64,000 bases of DNA. It comes from Amoebidium appalachense (lineage: Eukaryota; Protista; Ichthyosporea). Location of the stretch: contig CAVNZM010000003.1 of assembly GCA_963693365.1 (NCBI GenBank), positions 653,006 to 717,005 of the forward strand, read 5' to 3'. Positions 52,999-64,000 of the stretch are shown one piece after another; the stretch's first letter is position 1; the number at the start of each line of letters is the position of its first letter. The notes beneath the pieces were generated by a model. It searched no databases. It was not told the origin of the DNA and saw only the letters and a program-made list of their open reading frames with translations. The position numbers and the translations under genes were made by a program.

Positions 52999-54079
52999 GT
53001 GTATGTATGTATGTGTGTGCCCGTGCGCAGACGTCTCAGCCGCCCGATGTACATACGTAGTTAAGAGAGAGTGTTCGGTACACCTTTGCTAAGCTAGGCC
53101 ACTGAGAAGTAAGAAAGGGCCCGGCTCGTATGGGACATACGGGATCGAGTGCGGGCTTGGGGCAGGGGCGGATCTGTGGATGTTCACGGTCTGACGGGAA
53201 TAGTATTATTATAGTTGCGTATGTGCTCAAATTCCAGCTAAGTGTTGTTTTTCTTGGCATAAGAGCCCCCTACTTTTGTGCGTGGTGTGTGGCGTGTTGT
53301 GTGTGGTGGTGTGTGTTGTGGTGTGATGGTGTGTGCTGGATGATCACAGTGGTGGTGGTGGTGGGGGGGAAGGGGGAAAAACCCACTTCGTAGTGAAATA
53401 TTCTTCTTCCCCGTTCCACGACGGTCATAACAGTAGCCTTAAACACAGCCACCTGTGTGTCCAACTCACTGTTTGCACGTGCAATGGCAGTGTCATTAAG
53501 GGGGACTTGTGCAAGCACCTCTTGCAGTTGTTTTTGGGTCGCAGAGACGGCATCGGCCTGAAGACGTACGATTGCGTGTGGTGAGATGGGGGAAGCTTTG
53601 TAGCACAAGTGCAGAAAAAGGACCTCGAACCCCATTGCAATGATCAGAATGCAGAAATGTGCAATCATGCTCTGCTCGATGTATGCACGTGCGTTGGCAA
53701 GCCTTCTCTTCCTGTATTCAGCAATGATGTTGTCCCGTTGAAAATGCCTTTCGAATTCTGAATTAGCAGGGTGGCCAACATTATAATTGACATTGATGGC
53801 TACGCAACCCTCCTTGTCGGGCACTTCTGCATGCTCGTGTGGTGTTTTTGCATTTTGTTGCTGTTGCTTGCGCTGTTGACGTTTTTCGGAATTTGACTTT
53901 GAATTCGTGGTCTCGAGGTCCAAAACATTAATGGTGGTTTCAACTTGGATGGCATCATCATTTTCAACTACAGCTGCTGTTTCCTTGTGGACTTGTGAAA
54001 CCAAAACCGAGCCGACGGTAGGTATGGTTTGTGTTGTATTCGTAGCTGTGTCGATATCAGGCGTAGTGCCAGGAGCCAT
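51593..54079 (-). CDS. Multi-pass membrane protein (~620 aa) with a C-terminal 7TM GPCR-like domain
   Basis: Four exons, all phase 0: 54079-53387, 53269-53057, 52650-52582 (GC donor), 52483-51593. The last exon has ~7 hydrophobic segments with KHRHHPVVRSRG after the first; exon 1 has one further hydrophobic segment and a heptad-rich helix. Confidence 0.7.
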
Positions 54080-56184
54080 TTTTCTTCTAAACTTTTCTTG
54101 GACAACCCGAGACTTCGTCTGTGTTTAATTATTTGTACTTCATTTTCCTCGTCGTGTGTGTTCATGGCCTTACTCTTAGCTATAGATAGAGGTTTCAACG
54201 ATTTATATTCAACTTTGACAAGTATTTCTTCTCGATCAAGATTCTATGGCATCTTTTCCCCAATAATCATAGCAACGCTGGATGTAAAAAACCACCTGTT
54301 CAATTGAATGTATATGTTCAACGAGTTCATGTCTTCATGTCACGGTTCCATATGATGGGCCGCGGTGTACATGTATACGTACGTATACGCGTGGGCGTAG
54401 TTTTGAGTGTAAGTTTCATGTGCACATATATTGCACTCGAGCTTGGCGTATAACTCGAATCGGTGAATGCTGGTGTTTACACACTTTTTATTGCCGTAGG
54501 CCCAGCCACATTCGACGGCCTACTGCGTTTTCCAGCACAGCCAATCAAATGCAGCCAGTGACATACGTACATGCGAGGCAACAATGAGCGCCATCGTAGT
54601 ATATGACACCCCTATGTATTACATATTATGGGTAAGCAGAGGCTAGCATCGGTAGCTCCGAAAGAAAGTTAAGGCATCGGATCACAATATCATACTGTGC
54701 AGCATTAATAAGGTGATCTAGGATAGTCATCTTAAAACGGATATATTGAGGAAGAAAGGAAGAAAAGAGAATAAAATCGCCAATAACCTCCGGTTCTAAT
54801 ACATTAGCTAACAGGTTGCATTTATTGATAGATATGCAGCCGCGAGTAAACCGCCCCCCACACATATTACACATACGAGCAGGAGACACCAGAAACCGAT
54901 TACACCGCCAAGCCATAATCATCTTTGCGTTTTTACACCACACCACATTACGAATAAACGAATCTATGTATGAACGAGACTCTCTATATAGGCTACTAGT
55001 AGTTGGTGTTTTTGAGTTAGTACCACATGTTCGCTGATGCGGGACCCGGGAGGATGTGGAGTAAACCTATCGGGGAGATTCTGCTAATTGCATTCTGAAA
55101 GTTATGTTTATCTCTTTTCTTTTTCAGCTGAAAAATGGTATCCGTGGAGTTGTATAATAAGATTATTATTGTTTATGGTTTATATTAAGAGTCAAGCTGT
55201 ATAATATGTAGCTTGACTAACATATATGGTGCACACGTGATTTGTAGGCGGAAACCTCGGTGACGTGGTCGGCGTGGCGTAGCCATCTCGAACTCTATAT
55301 AGAAGAAATACTTAAAGATATACAGTTCAAATTTCCAAACTGAAAATCTATGTACAAAGTATTCAATATATACGTATCTTAGTAAGCACTTGCTACTGGA
55401 TAACCCCTCAAGTCTTTTCCTTTATTGCCTCCTGCAAAAAAAAAATTAAGTCTGCCGTGCATACTTACACAATACTAAATTCGTTGTTAACTTCGGAAAA
55501 AAAAATAGGAATATCGGTTGAAATTCGAATACTTCCAGTCAAAAGAAAAAATGTGCGTCTCGAACCAATTATCATCTTGCACATACATACCTTAGGGGGT
55601 TTAAGCACATACCTTACTTTCGCCACTGAGCACACCATTTTTGGGGTTTACTTGGATGCATATATCTTTCAACCACATACTGTTTTTTCCTTAGAATTTA
55701 GCAGTGACTGAGGAAAATACCCATTTGATGTTTTGATAAATTGGCTAAATATTTTTATTGCGTTGTGTATTTTCCTATACCTAGCGAGACATAAGACAAA
55801 CAATATTTTCAAAAATTTCAAAATTTGAAAACCCGAAAATTACCTGAATCAACATTTTTCAGGACCCCCTAGTCATTTTTTTAAGAAAACCTCTCAGGGG
55901 AGGCAATCACGAGTCATCGGGTCAACTCACCAGCACCATGGCCCCGCTGCATTCCTGAGGATCGGAATGCACTTCCTGAGCCAAAAATGGACGCCATAAA
56001 ACGAGCCGGTTACTTCCCGAACCGGCTCGGCAACCTCCCGAGCCAGTTCAACTTCCTGAAAGTGACTCGGTTCGGGAAGTTCCTGAACGGTAACACCAGT
56101 GCAGCCCGCAACAGGGTTATAATATCGAACCCCGCCTGGTGGGGAAGCGCTTGGTAAGCTTAGCGCTGTGCAGCCTGTAGTCTC

Positions 56185-56233
<49 letters not shown>

Positions 56234-56291
56234 TGTTCAGGCGGGGGGCGCGGGGGGTAGGGGGTGGGGTGGGGGGGGGGGGGGGGGGGGG

Positions 56292-56323
<32 letters not shown>

Positions 56324-56471
56324 AAACGTGGGGGCAGGGGGCAGGGGCAAGGGGAGGGGGGAAGGGGGGCTGCTGCGGAAGTGGCTCAGGAAGTTAAGTT
56401 GGGGAAGGGGGGGGAGGAGGGGGTGGAAGGGGGGGAGGAGGGGGGGGGGGGGAGGGGCTTAGAAAGCTAGT

Positions 56472-56726
56472 TCAAGGAGGGGGGGGGAGGGGGGGGGAAG
56501 GAGCTGCTAGCTGGGGAAGGGGTTCAGGAAGTTGGTTCGAGGGGAGGGGGGGAGGGGGGGGGAAGAAGGGGAGGAGAGCAAGGGGGGGGGTGTTGGACAT
56601 TGTGTTCATAGAAGCTAGTTCTAGTGCACGTTGTTCCTTCTCTAAGTCAGAAATGATTGCATCTTGTGAGGCCAACCTCTGCTCCAGTAGTTGGACTAGT
56701 TGCTGCAACTGTAAGTTGTCAGACAT
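56472..56726 (-). other. Short coiled-coil-like ORF running into a Pro-rich tract; 3' part duplicated at 57314-57567
   Basis: MSDNLQLQQLVQLLEQRLASQDAIISDLEKEQRALELASM; TATA-like CTATATAAAG at ~56838-56847 (-); GAACCAACTTCCTGA motif shared with ~57496-57512. Confidence 0.35.
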
Positions 56727-57747
56727 AGTGTCGTGTATGATGGGTAACTAGTCTATGTGTTTTGTGCACTGGAAACGACAGTAGAAAAGTGTAAATCAAA
56801 CGTTCTGCTTCCCATGTTTGTGACATGGGAGGCACTGCTTTATATAGTCGTTGGCCACCTCATGGTGGCCTCGTGTGCACCCTGGTGGTGGGCCATGTAC
56901 AGCATGGCCGAAAAGAGAGCACAATGAAAACAAGTCGTTAAAGATATAAAAGTTAACTGTGCACGTTGAGTGGCTAGTTAACTTGCACTAAAGCACACAA
57001 ATAAACGTGTTTAACACACCAATTGCAGTTAAACGTAAATCTTGCTTCACACAACTAAAAATATTCTGAGAATATCCGGGAATAAAGCACACTACCACTC
57101 TAAGAATAGAATCCTGTGGCAAATATAGACATGACATCATCTGAACCGGGAATATTAATTAATGAGCACAATTAGCACGTTGCTAGTGAAGCTCGTCATT
57201 GGTACAGTTTTGGCTCAAACATATAACTACCATATATGAATATGACCGTAAACAAAAGCTCTATGCACTCGAGTGAGTGTTGAAACAATTATTCAATTGC
57301 TCCGAAACTTTCTCTAACAGACATTGCTAGCCGGGAGTACCAGCAGGGGGGGGGGGGGGGGGGGGGGGGGGGCTGCTTGCATGAAGTGGCTCAGTAATCT
57401 GGCCCAGCCTGGGGGGAAGGGGGAGGGGAGGCGGGGGGAGGGGGCTTTTTTTTTTTTGGGGGGGGGGGGGGGGGGGGAGGGGCTCTGGGGAAGTGGCTCA
57501 GGAAGTTGGTTCAAAGGGGGGGGGGGGGGGGGGGGGGCCGGGCGGAGGGGGGGAAGGGGGGGGGGAGTGTTGTTTTGTACGGGTCTAAGGGAGCAGAGTG
57601 CACAGAGGTGTCATGTTAAACACGACTAACACATTAATGAGAGGGCAATCGGAGTTGTTCACGAGACATTGAAAGATTCAAACAACAACTGATTCTTTAT
57701 TGTGCTCTCGGTTCCTTTTGTACTTGCGACTTATCACCTTATCACAA

Positions 57748-60519
57748 CTAAAGAACGACGGGGTGCAGGAACTGGGGGAGGTGGAGACGGGGGGGGGGAA
57801 CTTGGAAGTTCGGAATTGCAGGGGGGGCAACCTCCGGGCTGGACGGGGCCGAGTGGAAGTTGTCGGGGGAGCCGGGTCGGATGGGTGTGACGTGGCCAGG
57901 GGCAGGATGAGGGTCGGCAGGCTGGACGGGCACGGGGGCAGGGGGGCCGGTGGGGGGGGGTGTCGGGGGAACGACGATGGCAGGAGGGGGGCCAGAGTAC
58001 ACCAGACAAACATCATCTTCAGTGTCAACTGTGGGGGTTGGGGTGGTCGAGGTAGCAGTGGTGTCGGGGGTCGGAAGTGTTGATGGAATGTCGGACGGGA
58101 GATAAGCTGATTCGTCGAAAATCACATCACGGAAGAGGCCGACACGATGGGTGGTGGGATTGAAGATCCGGTGGCAGTGTGATTGAAGATCATAGCCGAT
58201 ATACATGCCGAGTTTGACGGTGGGGGCCAGCTTGTTCCGTTTAGAGGCTGGCACATGAGTGTAGGCAGGGCAACCGAACACTTTGAGCTCGGAGATGTCG
58301 GGCTTGACACCGTAGAAAACCTCGAATGGTGTACGACCATTGGCAGTCGTGGACGGGGTGACGTTGATGATGTAGGCGGCATGTTGGAGGGCCTCAGCCC
58401 ACAGTTTGGGGGACAGAGACTGATCTTGGACTTGATGGAGGAGGCAACGAACAATCTCTTGGAGGAACCGCATACGACGTTCAACATAGCCGTTCAGTTG
58501 AGGGCAGTCCACCGGAGCATAGCTGGCCTTGATGCCCTGGGAGAGGCAATAAGCACGGGTAGCCTTGGAGGTGAACTCAGAGCCGGAGTCGAAGTGGTAG
58601 ACACCAACTTTGGAGGGGGCATGGGTAGCAACGAGGTTGGTGTGAGCTGTGAGAATGTCCAGGGTGGTTGTACGGTCGGCCATCGGGTAGATCTTGACGA
58701 GTCCAGAGGCACGGCAGACAGTGACGAGAGCAACCTTGGAACCTCCGTACGATGTTGTGGTAGGCTCAAAAAAATCCCAATGCCATTCATGACCGGGGAT
58801 GTTGGAGTGAGGACGGTCACCCTTGAACGGAGCCTTGGTGGTTTTACCCATAATGCAGCCAAGACAATCAGGAACATCACAGTCGAGGACAGACGAGGGG
58901 AGACCAATAACAAGGTCGTGTTTCACCATGTCCTTGATGCTGGTCATAGCACGGTGCCCCAGACGATGGTGCCAGATGGATGGGTTAACACTGGTAGTGG
59001 CAGCCAGAGCGACAGGACGAGTGGGTGGTTGAATGGTGTAGTCCTTGAAGTAATACAGACCGTTGTGTAGACGGAGGTTGACGAGATGACGGCCGGTGAG
59101 TCGGTCGAAGAGGAATGACGGAGTGGAGGCATCATTCAAATCACCCTTGATGTATTCGGCAGCAGCTTGGGATGTTGAAATGAGGAAGGCTTGGCCAGAC
59201 GGGGTGTAGTAGGCTTCAATGGTAAGGGTGGCAGTGCCATGGTCGGTGGTGGTATTGATGACGATATGGCCGGTGTGAGTGGCCAAGACGGGGGTGCCAT
59301 TGAAGGCAGCAACGGGAGTCGGTGTCGGAAGGGGAGTGAGGTCATGGAAGAACTCACGGGTGGGGCAGACAGTCATGTGCCACCCGGAATCCCAGGCAGG
59401 GTCGGAGGACACGGGGACGGAGCTAGCATTGTATGCCGAGAAAGCAAAGGAGACAGATTTCTCACTGCCTTGACGGGAACGGTTGTGTCTGGACATACGG
59501 CATTTCGGCTCAGGGCAATCGATGATCGTGTGATCAGGCTCGTGGCAGTAGGAGCATGCTTTCACGGACGGGGTGTTAGAACGAGCCGGGGAATCAGAAC
59601 GACGGGAACCCGAGAAACGGGAACGACTGGGGGAACGAGACGTGGACCGGAAGGCAGGCCGGTGGGGGGAACGGGATCGGGTGTGCTGACGGGAGAGACG
59701 AGTTCGGAGGTCCGTGCCAGGGGTACGGTCAAGTCGGTTGCGTAAGTCACGGCGAGGAAGATCACGGGGGGGAGCACTGGCATTTAATGCCATGCTGGAC
59801 TTGGAGGCACGGTGGGCACGGTTGCTCCGGAGTTGCATCTTGAGGTCTTGACGTAACTCGATGCCCTTGACGTGGTTGTGGAGGGACTCGAAGTCGGGGA
59901 ATAGCTTATCACCGAAGTGATAGTCTTCGATAAGACGGTTGAACTCAGGGGTGAGGTCGTCTCTGGTGGTGAGTTCATTGAAGAACTTCTCAGCTAGACG
60001 AGTGAAGTGAATGGACTCATCTTGGAGGGACTGGAGCTGGTTCACGATGGTCTGCAGACGACTCAGGTAGGTGGTGAATGATTCACCGGGCTGAAGGGCA
60101 CAGGCATCCCACTGACGGTGAAGGATGCGGATCTGATCGGGTTTGCCTTGAAGGTAGTGTTGACGGAATTTCCACATGGCCCGTTCAGGGTCCATGCCAA
60201 TACGGTACTGGGCAACGGTGGTGAGGACGGAAGGGTCGATGTTCTGTATCATATGGAGCAGGAGGCAATTGCGGGCCTCCTTGAGTTCCACGGTAGTGCC
60301 GTAGCCATAGAAGGGGGGTTCACCGTCAACCGCGACGGTGGTAGGGGGGACGTAGTTGTCAGCAAGTACAACATCCACGAGTCGGACACCTTTAGTGCCG
60401 GTCATCATGCCGAGAAAAATGATTTCCCATTGAAAATAGGTGGTTTTGCTATCGGGACCAGTCTTCCCTTCACCTTTCCACATGGTTATTTTGTTTACAC
60501 CAGTTTTGTTTGGATCCAT
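57748..60519 (-). CDS. Copia B Gag-protease-integrase polyprotein, truncated before RT
   Basis: LQPGESFTTYL, CSYCHEPDHTIIDC, WDSG, IWHHRLGH..CLGC, FDSGSEF, PQLNGYVERR, RDVIFDE; breaks at the CCCCGTCGTTC (PRRS) motif that precedes RT in Copia A. Confidence 0.92.
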   Translation of the reverse strand: MDPNKTGVNKITMWKGEGKTGPDSKTTYFQWEIIFLGMMTGTKGVRLVDVVLADNYVPPTTVAVDGEPPFYGYGTTVELKEARNCLLLHMIQNIDPSVLTTVAQYRIGMDPERAMWKFRQHYLQGKPDQIRILHRQWDACALQPGESFTTYLSRLQTIVNQLQSLQDESIHFTRLAEKFFNELTTRDDLTPEFNRLIEDYHFGDKLFPDFESLHNHVKGIELRQDLKMQLRSNRAHRASKSSMALNASAPPRDLPRRDLRNRLDRTPGTDLRTRLSRQHTRSRSPHRPAFRSTSRSPSRSRFSGSRRSDSPARSNTPSVKACSYCHEPDHTIIDCPEPKCRMSRHNRSRQGSEKSVSFAFSAYNASSVPVSSDPAWDSGWHMTVCPTREFFHDLTPLPTPTPVAAFNGTPVLATHTGHIVINTTTDHGTATLTIEAYYTPSGQAFLISTSQAAAEYIKGDLNDASTPSFLFDRLTGRHLVNLRLHNGLYYFKDYTIQPPTRPVALAATTSVNPSIWHHRLGHRAMTSIKDMVKHDLVIGLPSSVLDCDVPDCLGCIMGKTTKAPFKGDRPHSNIPGHEWHWDFFEPTTTSYGGSKVALVTVCRASGLVKIYPMADRTTTLDILTAHTNLVATHAPSKVGVYHFDSGSEFTSKATRAYCLSQGIKASYAPVDCPQLNGYVERRMRFLQEIVRCLLHQVQDQSLSPKLWAEALQHAAYIINVTPSTTANGRTPFEVFYGVKPDISELKVFGCPAYTHVPASKRNKLAPTVKLGMYIGYDLQSHCHRIFNPTTHRVGLFRDVIFDESAYLPSDIPSTLPTPDTTATSTTPTPTVDTEDDVCLVYSGPPPAIVVPPTPPPTGPPAPVPVQPADPHPAPGHVTPIRPGSPDNFHSAPSSPEVAPPAIPNFQVPPPRLHLPQFLHPVVL

Positions 60520-61517
60520 GATTGAAAAACGAGCGCGAGTTCTAGATGTGTGTAGGGAGCGTGCAAAAGGGCTGCATAACCTGTTAATAACCTGTTAAAT
60601 TGTATAAGTATTTGGGATGTAAGCAGAGACACAGTGGTGCAGTGTGAAAACACCACAGACACACACAACAACAAAACACGGAACGATCGGAGCAGTGTAC
60701 ACAACAGACATCAATGTTTAGACACGACTGAACTGAATTTATTCTGATCTTCGAATAAATACCTGAAATTCCTCTAAGTCCAATCCATACATGATTTCCG
60801 ACCAGTCGGAAATCAGATCTATCTCTAATAGAAACCAATCACTAAGAACCAATTGCTTTCAGAGAGATCCGGTACGCGGAGACGCACACGATAGGACACA
60901 GACACTAGTTAAGGTCAACTCGTGTCATCATCAAGGAAGTTCTAACCTATGACATACTGCAAAGACTCAGACATATCACACTTAACCTTGATGATTGGTT
61001 AAAGCCCGGCAACACATGAAAACTAAAGTAAATTAATGAAGTCTAAACACACATGCTATTCTAAGTGTAGCCTAAGTGTGTTATCGTCCAATGAACACGT
61101 ATTAAGTAACACAAATCTACCTAACATATATTAGTAGTAAAGAAATACGATTATACACATGAAGACAAAGAGAGAAAGAAAAGAAAATAGGGAAGGAGAA
61201 AGAGAAAGGAAAAGAGAGCACAGATCAACAAACAAGATAGCAATAGCATAACTATAACCAGAGATATTTATGTACACACGAACATGTACACGTCTCTCCC
61301 TGAGTGGGTGGATCCGTGTACACACATATAAATATTCTAATCGATATTACAACACACGATTAAAGCCGATACAACACGATTACAAGTATACAAGCATATC
61401 GGAGATCGATGCTACACTTTACATAATAGGAGTGTGGCATTTACACTAAGCATATGAACTGAAACATAACACAAACTGAGAAGATCTTACCATATGTAAA
61501 TACTACGTATTACAACA
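57755..61517 (-). mobile_element. Second Copia family (B): 5' LTR + gag-PR-INT, 3' half deleted, nested in a Copia A LTR
   Basis: LTR-like segment 61517 to ~60582 (TGTTGTAATACG...TTAACA), PBS-like GGTTATGCAGCCC (60581-60569), then the polyprotein ORF. Confidence 0.88.
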
Positions 61518-62037
61518 CATTCCGACAGAGCATACACATTCCAACTTCCGATTAAACTAAAGTTTAGAAACTCTTACTTAAATAAATTAAGTAATTATAC
61601 ATCTAGTCACTATTAACTCACATATATATTTATGTTCGTCTCTATTAAGAAACTTATTTAAATACATATATTTCCTAATAGTCGACACTCTCAAAGTGAA
61701 GACACTTTGCAATAAACCGAATTCCATATATATCTATTGTCCAATCACAACACACATATATTAATAGACAGGAATGCACAACACAATCTACAGATGTACT
61801 CGCTCGCGACTATTGGCGAGCCATCCTATTGAGAACAAAACTAAGCCATTTTGAAATAAAGGAAAGACAACGAGTGAGGCTAGCCAATCATGCTACCTCC
61901 TAGATAAACAGAGGAGAGCAAACAGAAATAAAAATACAATAAGTTCTTATCAGGCAAGAGAGGCAGGTGTGCACAGATCTACAGATATCTGTGCCCACAG
62001 AAACAAGGGAGAGAGAGATACGGGGGGGGGGGGGGGG

Positions 62038-62103
<66 letters not shown>

Positions 62104-62941
62104 AAAGAAGGAAAGCAGACACGAATACAAACAAGCTAAGACACATACATACTTCAAGGCTCTTGCTGTCATACATGGTGACGTATTCCAACATCCCCAC
62201 TCAAGGGGTTGAAGTTTGTGTTCTCGTGTCTGTTGATGTGACGGTAGATGAGGTCCAAACACAGGAGGGGCCGTCACACTCAAGTTTCCCCACTCGAGGA
62301 TGCAAACCGAAGATCCTTGAGGTGGGAAGGAGAAAATCAAAACTGAAGAGGCACACAACGACGGTTGCCTCTGAAGACTCGGAACAATAAATCATGGTGG
62401 TTTTCGTCGATATATATATATATATAGAGAGGAAACACTAGTGTATGTGTGACGTGTTGGTGGCTAATGTTCTATACTGGGGACCACCCAGGTAAACACA
62501 AGGCATGAACATCTTGTGGACTGATTTATAGACTGGTTGTCAACCAGTTAAGACACGGGGAAGGTGCATCCCGTGGACTAGGTTTAGACTGGCAGTCAAC
62601 CAGCACGCCATGGCTATAGATAATTATTTATACTGGGACGCCATCCCAGTTCGACATATATATAAAGTCGAATATAGAAGAAAACCAATATATATGGTGG
62701 GATATGAATATAAATAAACGACGGATGGTGGAGAATAATCCCCACTGAAGATGCACTCAGTCTGGCACATATGACGAGGTAAAACTGTGTCCCCACTGAT
62801 GAAGAGAAACGATGAGGAGTAGTAGACTTTCGTTGGGAGGCATCTTGAGCACCGTAGGTGTGTCAACTGCTGTCCAGGGCCCCAACCTACTCAGAAACCA
62901 CTCGATGATGAACACCAGTGCACGGGTCAGTCACGGAGACT

Positions 62942-63858
62942 ACTCTCCTGATTCATTGAAAGAATGGGGTGCGCGTCGTGGGTCAGGTTGCCAAAACGGT
63001 TTGGCACGGTTTTGTCGAGCCGGGACAGGTGAATGGATTTCCACTTGCCTGCCAAATGAACACGTTGAGGCAGACGTGAGTCGTGTATACATTACAATAC
63101 CATTTGTATCACATAGGATATGACCCTGTCAACACAACGAATACATTTGTCACCTAGATTATATACCATGTTATACATATGTATACCTGCCGTATACCAT
63201 CATGTTTATCCCTAAAGGTAGCAAGGGGATATACACGGTAACATATTGGATACCCATATGGCAACAAATATATCACGTGATGTTATTCACGTGCTCAATC
63301 TCTGTACACTTGCATGCTGTACGTTAAATGTTAGGTGCCTAAGAGGGCTGACTGTTCATTGCATATTCCACACTTCATATGCACTTCATAAGAAGTGTGT
63401 ACTATGCAACATACTATGTGCTAATGGGAATGTTTGAGGTTCTTACCTTGCATCCACGTATCGCCTGCCTCAGGCGGGACCTCCACCTCATCATCTGGGA
63501 GGGGTTCCTGTGCATCCTTTGCCACACAGTCCCGGAATTTGGCATGCACGTCCATGGAATCCCATATCTTCAACTTTCTCATGCTATCTGTATGGATGGA
63601 GAATGGTATGAGGATTGGCCCGAGGGAGGGGGGGGGGGGGGGGGACTGACCTGCCAAACAAACGTTTTGTTTTTGTTGGTCAGCTTGTAAGGAACTTTGC
63701 AGAACTTCTTATGTGCCCGTTCTCCACTTTGTGCAGTCTCCAGAATACCAAAGAGACATATGCACTCCTCATAGTGGATTCCAAAATGGAACTTGGGTTG
63801 CTCCATTTTGGAAATTCCCGTCTGGGTGAAAAAGAGGGCATATGCCTCTTCCGCAAAC
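62942..63858 (-). pseudogene. Plavaka-type (CMC-related) transposase gene fragment, spliced and decayed
   Basis: Exon 63858-63651 encodes MEQPKFHFGIHYEECICLFG..QSGERAHKKFCKVPYKLTNKN..WQ, matching the PKxH..HY..I..FG..E..H..K..Y..TN pattern of Plavaka/CMC transposases. Further exon-like blocks at 63587-63447 (in-frame TGA codons) and 63048-62942 (cut by Copia A). Confidence 0.72.
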
Positions 63859-64000
63859 CTGCAATCAAGTGGAGGGGGGTGGACGAGGGATAAAGGTCAT
63901 ACATGTGTATGTTTGTGCATTTATGAGTGTGCAGGTACAGGGACAGAGAGAGACAGACTGGAGAGAGAGAGAGACTGAGAGAGCCTGAGAGAGAAAGAAA

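Larger units (their letters stand above)
57568..62941 (-). mobile_element. 5'-truncated Copia A copy (last RNase H codons, 3' UTR, 3' LTR) with a nested insertion
   Basis: 62941-62194 matches ~23349-24096; the LTR is split into 62193-61518 and 57754-57568. Confidence 0.93.

Overview
Eukaryotic genomic DNA, very rich in microsatellites and homopolymers; most ORFs in the supplied track are artefacts of these repeats. The first 17 kb is one intron-rich housekeeping gene, CDC73/parafibromin (Paf1 complex), reassembled by eye from 15 phase-consistent exons (the N-terminal exon or exons are not securely in the window). Most of the rest is a nest of transposable elements. These are: a full-length Ty1/Copia element (17884-25027); a chromodomain-bearing Ty3/Gypsy element lacking its 5' LTR; a DIRS-type RT-RNaseH-methyltransferase element split by a 10.8-kb non-autonomous TIR element (2-bp TSD, CMC/EnSpm-like) that carries a solo LTR and a ~183-bp satellite; a second Copia family nested in an LTR of the first; and a decayed Plavaka-type transposase gene at the right edge. 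A four-exon multi-pass membrane (GPCR-like) gene lies at 51593-54079 (-). The most unusual signal is a recurring class of 2-6 bp palindromic micro-insertions, seen when repeat copies are compared. Two different ones sit at the same base of both LTRs of one Copia element. They resemble hairpin-mediated DNA-transposon excision footprints at high density. All calls come from reading the sequence; no database searches were run.
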